A stretch of 64,000 nt of DNA from an uncultured delta proteobacterium (GTDB lineage Bacteria; Myxococcota; Myxococcia; Myxococcales; Anaeromyxobacteraceae): assembly GCA_963814585.1 (NCBI GenBank), contig CAWFDF010000009.1, positions 273,624 to 337,623 of the forward strand. The letters are read 5' to 3'. Below, piece by piece: positions 55,593-64,000 of the stretch. The notes under the pieces were generated by a model. The model saw only the letters and a list, made by a program, of their open reading frames with translations, did not search any database and had not been told where the DNA came from. Made by a program: the position numbers and the translations under genes. The stretch's first letter is position 1. Every line of letters starts with the position of its first letter.

Positions 55593-56459
55593 ATGTGCCA
55601 GCGCCGAAGCTTCACCGCCCTCCTTGCGACGGCCCTGGCGGGCCTTGCCCTCCTCGCAGGCCCCGCTCGCGCGCAGGACGCCTCCAGGACCATCATCCTG
55701 GCGACGACCACCAGCACCCAGGACTCGGGGCTCCTCGACGCCCTGCTCCCGCCGTTCCAGAAGGAGGTCGGCTACGTCGTCAAGACGATCTCGGTGGGGT
55801 CCGGCCAGGCGATGGCGATGGGGCGGCGGGGCGAGGCGGACGTGCTCCTGGTCCACTCGCCCGCCGACGAGCAGAAGCTCGTCGACGAGGGGTTCGGCGT
55901 GAATCGCCGCCTGGTGATGCACAACGACTTCGTCATCGTCGGCCCGAGGAAGGATCCGGCGAAGGTGAAGGGCACGGGATCGTCGAAGGAGGCCATGGCC
56001 GCCATCGCCCAGGCCGGGGCGCTCTTCGTGTCGCGGGGAGACAACTCCGGGACCCACGCGAAGGAGAAGAACATCTGGAAGGCGGCTGGCGTGAAGCCCG
56101 ACGGACAGAGGTGGTACCAGCAGACGGGACTCGGGATGGGCGAGACCCTCGCCGTGGCGTCGGAGAAGGACGGGTACACGCTGACCGACCGCGCGACCTG
56201 GCTGGCGCTCTCGAAGGCCCGGAGCCTCGCCCTGGAGATCGTGCTGGAGAAGGAGCCGCTCCTCCTCAACGTCTACCACGTCATCGAGGTGACCCCGTCG
56301 AAGTGGCCGAAGGTCAACGCGGCGGGCGCCAGGGCGTTCGCCGACTACCTGGTCTCGCCGAAGACGCAGGAGGCCATCGGCCGGTTCGGCGTCGAGAAGT
56401 TCGGGGCCCCGCTGTTCGTCCCGGACGCCGGCAAGGACCCGAAGGCGCTGGGGCTCTGA
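55593..56459 (+). CDS. tupA: Tungstate ABC transporter substrate-binding protein
   Basis: LATTTSTQDSGLL (TTTS motif), DVLLVH, MHNDFVIVGP, FVSRGDNSGTH, YTLTDRAT. Confidence 0.88.
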   Translation: MCQRRSFTALLATALAGLALLAGPARAQDASRTIILATTTSTQDSGLLDALLPPFQKEVGYVVKTISVGSGQAMAMGRRGEADVLLVHSPADEQKLVDEGFGVNRRLVMHNDFVIVGPRKDPAKVKGTGSSKEAMAAIAQAGALFVSRGDNSGTHAKEKNIWKAAGVKPDGQRWYQQTGLGMGETLAVASEKDGYTLTDRATWLALSKARSLALEIVLEKEPLLLNVYHVIEVTPSKWPKVNAAGARAFADYLVSPKTQEAIGRFGVEKFGAPLFVPDAGKDPKALGL

Positions 56460-56573
56460 GGTGCGGGCCCTCGTCCTGGCCCTCCTGCGCTGCCCATGCG
56501 CGACCGTCGAAGCGCGGGGAGCCGGTCGTCGCCGCGGTCACGGGCGACTCCACTGGCGAAAGGAGAGGTGATC

Positions 56574-57245
56574 ATGTCGAGGCTGCGGGTGAACGCACTT
56601 GGGATCTCCGTCGATGGCTTCTGCGCCGGTCCCGAACAGAGCCTGGAGAATCCGATGGGCGTCGGTGGGATGGCGCTGCACCAGTGGGTGCTCGGGACCA
56701 GGACGTTCCAGAAGCTGCACGCCGACTTCGCCGCCTCGCTGATCGGCGACCAGGCCGGCCGGGAGGACGCCGATGACGCCTTCGCCGCGAGGGGCTTCGA
56801 GAACGTCGGCGCCTGGATCCTCGGCCGCAACATGTTCGGTCCCGTGCGGGGTCCATGGGCCGACGACGGCTGGAAGGGATGGTGGGGCAGCAACCCGCCC
56901 TACCACGTGCCCGTCTTCGTCCTCACGCACCATGCGCGGGCGCCCATCACGATGGAGGGCGGGACCACGTTCCACTTCGTGACCGACGGCATCCACGCTG
57001 CCCTGGAGCTCGCGAGGCAGGCGGCCAAGGGCCGGGACGTCCGGCTCGGTGGTGGCGCCGCCACCATCCGGCAGTACCTCACGGCGGGCCTGATCGACGA
57101 GCTCCATCTGGCGGTCTCTCCCGTGGTCCTTGGCCGGGGCGAGCACCTCTTCGCCGGCATCGACACCGCGAGCCTCGGCTACACGTGCACCGAGCACGTC
57201 GCCACGGACCGTGCCATGCACGTGGTCCTGACGAGGCGGCGCTGA
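56574..57245 (+). CDS. Dihydrofolate reductase/RibD C-terminal family protein
   Basis: ISVDGF, ILGRNMFGP, PVFVLTH, GGGAATIRQYL, IDELHLAVSPVVLGRGE. Confidence 0.9.
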   Translation: MSRLRVNALGISVDGFCAGPEQSLENPMGVGGMALHQWVLGTRTFQKLHADFAASLIGDQAGREDADDAFAARGFENVGAWILGRNMFGPVRGPWADDGWKGWWGSNPPYHVPVFVLTHHARAPITMEGGTTFHFVTDGIHAALELARQAAKGRDVRLGGGAATIRQYLTAGLIDELHLAVSPVVLGRGEHLFAGIDTASLGYTCTEHVATDRAMHVVLTRRR

Positions 57246-57329
57246 CCCGCGGCCCGGACCCACGCCCGGGCAGGGCGAGGTCATCCGGCCCGGCGGCGGC
57301 CACCGGCCGGCCGGGCCTCGACGCCGCGG

Positions 57330-58247
57330 TCAGGCCGGCGACACCGGCCGCGACATGACCGTGCTGCCCCCGGGCACGAAGGCGGTGAACTCCTCCGAGG
57401 CCTGCAGCTCGGGCGGCACCGCGCTCGCCGCAATCTTCCGGAAGCCATGGCCGGCGAAGAAGTCCTCGGCCGTGGTGGTGACGACGTAGAGCGTCCGGAC
57501 GCCGGCCAGCACCGCCTCGAAGAGGAGCCGCTCGAGCAGCCTGCTCCCCAGGCCGGCGTTGCGGCGCGTCCAGTGGACCGCCATGGAGCGGACCAGGCCG
57601 TCCTGGCGGGCCACCTGGAGCCCGGCGCAGCCGATGAGCCGGCCGTTCTCGCTGGCCACGATGAAGCGCTGGCGAGCCCCGCCGACGTCCCGCGACGGCA
57701 GCAGCGAGCCCACCAGCAGCCGCTGGATGCCGTCGATGTCGCCGCCCGAGGCCGGGCCGATGGAGGTGGTCGTGCCCCCGGTCTCGGCGGTCACCACCAG
57801 CTCCCGCGCGAAGACCCGGATGAGCCGGCGGCGCAGCTCGTTGCGGACCGCGCGGTAGCGGGCGAGCTTCTCCTCCTCCGTGCCCCCTCCGGCGGCCGGG
57901 TCGGCCAGCGGCCAGTGGACCCGCAGGACTCCTTGCAGCCCGGGTGGGGTCGGGTCCTCCTCCGAGACCACCAGGACCGCCTGCACGTCGGAGGCGTCCA
58001 CCTCGGCGAGTCCCTTCGGGTGCTGGTCGGCGACGTTCACCGAGAGCTCGGCGAGCACGCGCCGCGCGAGGGGGTCGAGGCGTCCCGGAGTGGCGCCCGC
58101 CGAGGAGATGCGGACCTGCCGCGGCGCCAGGGCGCGCGCGATCCCCTCGGCGAGCTGGCCGAGGGCCGCGCTGGTCTGCGAGAGGATCAGCGCGTGCCGC
58201 GCGCCGCACGAGTGGAGGAGGTCCGCGTCCGCTTCCCAGGTCGACAT
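57330..58247 (-). CDS. Degenerate ArsC (LMW-PTP fold) fused to an ArsN2-like GNAT acetyltransferase
   Basis: QLAEG, SAGATP, HPKGL, HWPLADPA, YRAVRNEL; then GCAGLQ, RSMAV, RNAGLGSRL, LYVVTTTAEDFF. Confidence 0.8.
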   Translation of the reverse strand: MSTWEADADLLHSCGARHALILSQTSAALGQLAEGIARALAPRQVRISSAGATPGRLDPLARRVLAELSVNVADQHPKGLAEVDASDVQAVLVVSEEDPTPPGLQGVLRVHWPLADPAAGGGTEEEKLARYRAVRNELRRRLIRVFARELVVTAETGGTTTSIGPASGGDIDGIQRLLVGSLLPSRDVGGARQRFIVASENGRLIGCAGLQVARQDGLVRSMAVHWTRRNAGLGSRLLERLLFEAVLAGVRTLYVVTTTAEDFFAGHGFRKIAASAVPPELQASEEFTAFVPGGSTVMSRPVSPA

Positions 58248-58492
58248 GGCCACACCTCGTCTCCGGCCCGGGGCACCCGCGCGGACCGGTGCCACCAGCC
58301 ATAGCACGTGGCGTCCTGCCCTGGCCCGGTCGAGCCGGCCTGCCGCCCGACCACCAGGCCACCTCGGTCGCCGGCCCGTGGGTGGCCTCGCCGGCGTTGC
58401 GCCCTGCAATCCGCCAGCGGGCGTCTCCCTGCAAGATGCAATCGCCCCCGTGATCCCGGGGGTGGAAGTGCCCGATTTCCCGGGAGAAGGGC

Positions 58493-58508
58493 TGGCACGA
58501 CCGATGCT
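58493..58508 (+). promoter_or_regulatory. Sigma54 (-24/-12) promoter upstream of the kdp operon
   Basis: TGGCACGACCGATGCT (GG-N10-GC); two TGCNNNNTGCAAT repeats about 50-95 bp upstream. Confidence 0.7.
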
Positions 58509-58849
58509 CTTCCCGGGAGCATGGATGCCATGACCCGACCTCCAAGGGAGCGGCCTCGCCGGTACCGCGACCGGGCCGGCTGGGCCCTGGCCCTGCTCAT
58601 CGCCCTGAGCCTGGCGGTCGCGTTCAGCTGGAGCTCGACCGCCGAGCATCGCGCATCGAGGGGCTGGATCGGCGCAGCGGCGAGCGGTCCAGCAGGCCTT
58701 CGGGAGCTCCAGCGCCTCTGCGGCGCCGGGCCAGGACCGACGCGCTCGAGAAGCGCTGCCTCGCGCAGGTTCAGTTCGTCCTCAAGTTCCCGGAGTGCGA
58801 CGCCCGCTGCCAGGAGATGGCGAAGCCCACCCCCGGCAAGGAGCGCGCC

Positions 58850-58933
58850 ATGGCCAATCTCGCCCTCGCCGCCGCCACCCTCGCCTTCTTCCTCCTCGCC
58901 GTCCTCTTCGTCCGAGCGCTCGACCGGTCCTAG
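58850..58933 (+). CDS. 27-aa hydrophobic peptide upstream of kdpF
   Basis: AAGGAG Shine-Dalgarno; MANLALAAATLAFFLLAVLFVRALDRS*. Confidence 0.65.
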   Translation: MANLALAAATLAFFLLAVLFVRALDRS

Positions 58934-58941
58934 GAGGCCGC

Positions 58942-59031
58942 ATGTCCCTCGATCACGTCCTCGGCATCGGCGTCGCCGTCCTGCTCGCCGCCTACCTCGT
59001 CTACGCGCTCCTCCGCCCCGAGCGCTTCTAG
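58942..59031 (+). CDS. kdpF: K+-transporting ATPase subunit F
   Basis: AGGAGG Shine-Dalgarno; MSLDHVLGIGVAVLLAAYLVYALLRPERF. Confidence 0.92.
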   Translation: MSLDHVLGIGVAVLLAAYLVYALLRPERF

Positions 59032-59039
59032 GGGACCCC

Positions 59040-60761
59040 ATGACGGTCAACGGCTGGCTCCAGATCGGGCTCTTCTCCCTCCTCGTCCTGCTGCTCACGA
59101 AGCCGGTCGGGCTCTGGCTCTACCGCGTCTTCGAGAGCCGGGCGCGACCGCTCCCGCGCCTGCTCGGTCCGGTGGAGCGGCTCGTCTTCCGGGCCTGCGG
59201 GGTGGACCCGGACCGGGAGCAGGACTGGAAGGCGTACGCGGTCTCGCTGCTCGTCTTCAGCGCGATGGGCCTGCTCGTCACCTACGCCATCCTCCGCCTC
59301 CAGGCGCTGCTGCCGCTCAACCCCAACGGCCTCGGGGAGGTCGCCCCGGCGCTGGCCTGGAACACCGCGGTGAGCTTCACCACCAACACGAACTGGCAAG
59401 CCTATGCGGGCGAGTCGACGATGGGATACCTGGCCCAGATGGCCGGCCTCGCCTGGCACAACTTCACGTCCGCGGCCGCCGGCATCGGCGTGGCGCTGGC
59501 CCTGGCGCGGGGGCTGACCCGCCGCGGAGGCCCGGGTGGTCCGAGGACGCTCGGGAACTTCTGGGTCGATCTCGTCCGGGCCACCCTCTACGTGCTCCTG
59601 CCCCTCTCGCTCCTGGTCGCCGTCTTCCTGGTCTCCCAGGGGGTGGTGCAGACGCTCTCGCCGAACGTCGAGCTCCAGACCGTCGAGGGGGCGAGGCAGG
59701 TCGTCACGCTCGGCCCGGTGGCGTCGCAGGAGGCCATCAAGATGCTGGGGACGAACGGCGGCGGCTTCTTCAACGCCAACAGCGCCCATCCGTTCGAGAA
59801 CCCCACGCCGCTGGTGAACCTGGCGCAGATGCTCCTCATCTTCCTCATCCCGGCCGGGCTCACCTTCACCTACGGACGGATGGCGCGGGACGGGAGGCAG
59901 GGGTGGGCGCTCTTCGCCGCCATGGCGGCGCTCTTCCTGGTCGGGGCGACCGTGGCCTACGGCGCCGAGGCGGGCGGCAACCCGGCCCTCGCCGGCCTGG
60001 AGCTCGACCAGTCCGCCGGCAACCTGGAGGGCAAGGAGATGCGCTTCGGCGTGGCGAGCTCCGCGCTCTTCGCCACCGTGACCACCGACGCCTCCTGCGG
60101 GGCGGTGAACTCCATGCACGACAGCTTCACGCCCCTCGGCGGACTCGTCCCCATGGTGAACATGCAGCTCGGCGAGGTCGTCTTCGGCGGGGTCGGCGCC
60201 GGCCTCTACGGGATGCTGGTCATGGCCATCCTGACGGTGTTCCTCGCCGGCCTGATGGTGGGGCGCACGCCCGAGTACCTGGGGAAGAAGGTGGAGGGGC
60301 GCGAGATGAAGCTGGCCGTGCTCTACGTCCTGGTCTTCCCGGTCGCGGTGCTGGTCCTGGCGGGCTGGGCGGCGGTCGTGCCGCAGGGGACCTCGTCGCT
60401 GAACAACGCCGGGCCTCACGGGCTCTCCGAGCTGCTCTATGCCTTCACCAGCGGCGCCGCCAACAACGGCTCGGCCTTCGCCGGCCTGAACGCGAACACG
60501 ACCTTCTGGAACCTCTCCCTGGGCGTGGACATGCTGGTGGGGCGGTTCTTCATGATCGTCCCGGCGCTCGCCATCGCCGGCGCCATGGTCGCCAAGAAGT
60601 CGGTCCCCGCCGGTCCCGGGACCTTCCCCACAGGCGGCCCCACCTTCGTCCTCCTCCTCCTCACGGTGATCGTCATCGTCGGGGCGCTGACCTTCTTCCC
60701 GGCGCTGTCCCTCGGGCCGGTGCTCGAGCACTTCGCCGCCCTGCGCGGAAGGGTCTTCTAG
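59040..60761 (+). CDS. kdpA: K+-transporting ATPase subunit A
   Basis: [55 protein letters not shown]. Confidence 0.97.
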   Translation: MTVNGWLQIGLFSLLVLLLTKPVGLWLYRVFESRARPLPRLLGPVERLVFRACGVDPDREQDWKAYAVSLLVFSAMGLLVTYAILRLQALLPLNPNGLGEVAPALAWNTAVSFTTNTNWQAYAGESTMGYLAQMAGLAWHNFTSAAAGIGVALALARGLTRRGGPGGPRTLGNFWVDLVRATLYVLLPLSLLVAVFLVSQGVVQTLSPNVELQTVEGARQVVTLGPVASQEAIKMLGTNGGGFFNANSAHPFENPTPLVNLAQMLLIFLIPAGLTFTYGRMARDGRQGWALFAAMAALFLVGATVAYGAEAGGNPALAGLELDQSAGNLEGKEMRFGVASSALFATVTTDASCGAVNSMHDSFTPLGGLVPMVNMQLGEVVFGGVGAGLYGMLVMAILTVFLAGLMVGRTPEYLGKKVEGREMKLAVLYVLVFPVAVLVLAGWAAVVPQGTSSLNNAGPHGLSELLYAFTSGAANNGSAFAGLNANTTFWNLSLGVDMLVGRFFMIVPALAIAGAMVAKKSVPAGPGTFPTGGPTFVLLLLTVIVIVGALTFFPALSLGPVLEHFAALRGRVF

Positions 60762-60763
60762 CC

Positions 60764-62809
<2,046 letters not shown>

Positions 62810-62818
62810 GGGAAAGCC

Positions 62819-63419
62819 ATGCTCGACCAATCTCGACCTCGCTGCGCGTCACCGTCGTCACCCTCGTCCTCACCGGCCTGCTCTACCCGCTGGCCGTGAC
62901 CGGCCTGGCCCAGCTCGCCTTTCCCCCGCCGGGCCGGGGGGAGCATCGTCCTCGACGGCTCCGGCCAGCCGGTCGGCTCGGAGCTGCTGGCCCAGGGCTT
63001 CTCGTCGCCGGCCTACTTCCAGCCGCGGCCGTCCGCCGCGGGCGAGAGGGGCTTCGACCCCTTGGCCTCGGGCGGCTCGAACCTGGGTCCGACCTCGGCG
63101 AGGCTCCGCGGCCGCGCCGCGGCCGAGGTGGCCCGGCTCCGGGCCGAACCCGGCGGCCCCCCGGCTGGTCCCGTCGGAGCTGGTGACGACGTCCGGGAGC
63201 GGGCTGGAATCCGCACCTGTCCCCCGCCGGCGCGCTCTGGCAGGTGTCCCGGGTCGCCGCGGCCCGGGGCGTGAGCGTGGCGCGCATCAGGGCGGCCGTG
63301 GAGGATGCAGTCGAGGGGCGCGACCTTGGGCTGCTCGGCGAGCCCGGGTGAACGTCCTGCTCCTCAACCTGGCCCTCGACCGGCAGTTCGGGCGCCCGGC
63401 GGCCAGCCCGAAGGGGTAG
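62819..63419 (+). CDS. kdpC: K+-transporting ATPase subunit C, frameshifted
   Basis: LTGLLYPLAVTGLAQLAF, GSELLAQ, YFQPRPSA, SGGSNLGPTS, VTTSGSGL, VNVLLLNLALD. Confidence 0.85.
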
Positions 63420-63428
63420 AACGACGAG

Positions 63429-64000
63429 ATGACGGCGCCCGTCCGCCAGCGGCCGGAGGACTTCCTCGAGCTCGTGGAGCGGGCCCGCCGGGAAGCTCAA
63501 GCTCTACGTCGGGTTCGCGGCGGGGGGTGGGCAAGACCTGGCGCATGCTGGAAGAGGCCCACGCCCTGCGGAAGCGGGGCGTGGACGTGGTCGGCGCGCT
63601 GGTGGAGACGCACGGCCGGGCCGAGACCGCGGCGCTGATCGGCGACCTGGAGGTGGTTCCCCGGCGAAGGGTGGAGTACCAGGGCGTGCGGTCGAGGAGA
63701 TGGATCTCGACGCGGTCCTGGCTCGCAAGCCCACCGTCGCCGTCGTCGACGAGATCCCGCACACCAACGCCCCCGGCTCGCGACACGGCAAGCGCTACCA
63801 GGACGTCCTGGAGCTGCTCGACGCGGGCGTCAACGTGATCGGGGCGCTCAACATCCAGCACCTGGAGAGCCTGAACGATCTCATCCAGCGCAACACGGCC
63901 GTGCAGGTCCGGGAACGATCCCCGACTCCTTCCTGGAGCAGGCCGACCAGGTGGTGAACCTCGACCTGGCCGTGGAGGACCTCCTCGAGCGGCTCAAGGG
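63429..64000 (+). CDS. kdpD: KdpD N-terminal sensor domain (frameshifted, runs off the window end)
   Basis: GVGKTWRMLEEA, VETHGRAET, MDLDAVLARKP, VDEIPHTN, RYQDVLELLDAG, NIQHLESLND. Confidence 0.85.

Noticed and set aside
58308..60761. 817-aa extended KdpA
   Set aside because: The extension overlaps kdpF and the 27-aa peptide in other frames and is Ser/Pro/Arg-rich; KdpA homology starts at 59040.

Overview
Very GC-rich bacterial chromosome segment that spans the replication origin. Gene content and order suggest an Anaeromyxobacter-like Myxococcota; this is an inference. Positions 1-41 kb are core genome: ychF, a split ATP synthase locus (Fo and F1 blocks separated by gyrA-TPR-hemL), hsp20, bactofilin, parAB with two perfect parS sites, rsmG, jag-yidC-yidD-rnpA-rpmH, dnaA-oriC-dnaN-recF-gyrB, fabH, tRNA-Gln, an Fe-S oxidoreductase, rimK-like, ileS-lspA-lgt and tRNA-Phe. 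Two copies of a MITE-like element sit where mnmE/mnmG are usually found. From tRNA-Phe (41 kb) to about 55.3 kb there is a layered island with three tRNA-Phe 3' att copies. The first layer is a minimal 2.4-kb integrative element: a tyrosine integrase, a Xis-like gene, an RHH gene and a structured non-coding arm with a 23-bp-stem hairpin and three parS-like palindromes. The second layer holds scrambled RelE-HTH-HTH and RHH-PIN toxin-antitoxin modules and an AraC/DUF2092/sulfatase/beta-barrel cluster. The window ends with an orphan tupA, a RibD_C/DHFR-family gene, an ArsC-ArsN fusion lacking its catalytic cysteines and a sigma54-type kdpFABC(D) operon. Single-base frameshifts in essential genes (gyrB, ileS) and many in kdpBCD look like sequencing errors. 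All calls come from reading the sequence; no database searches were run.
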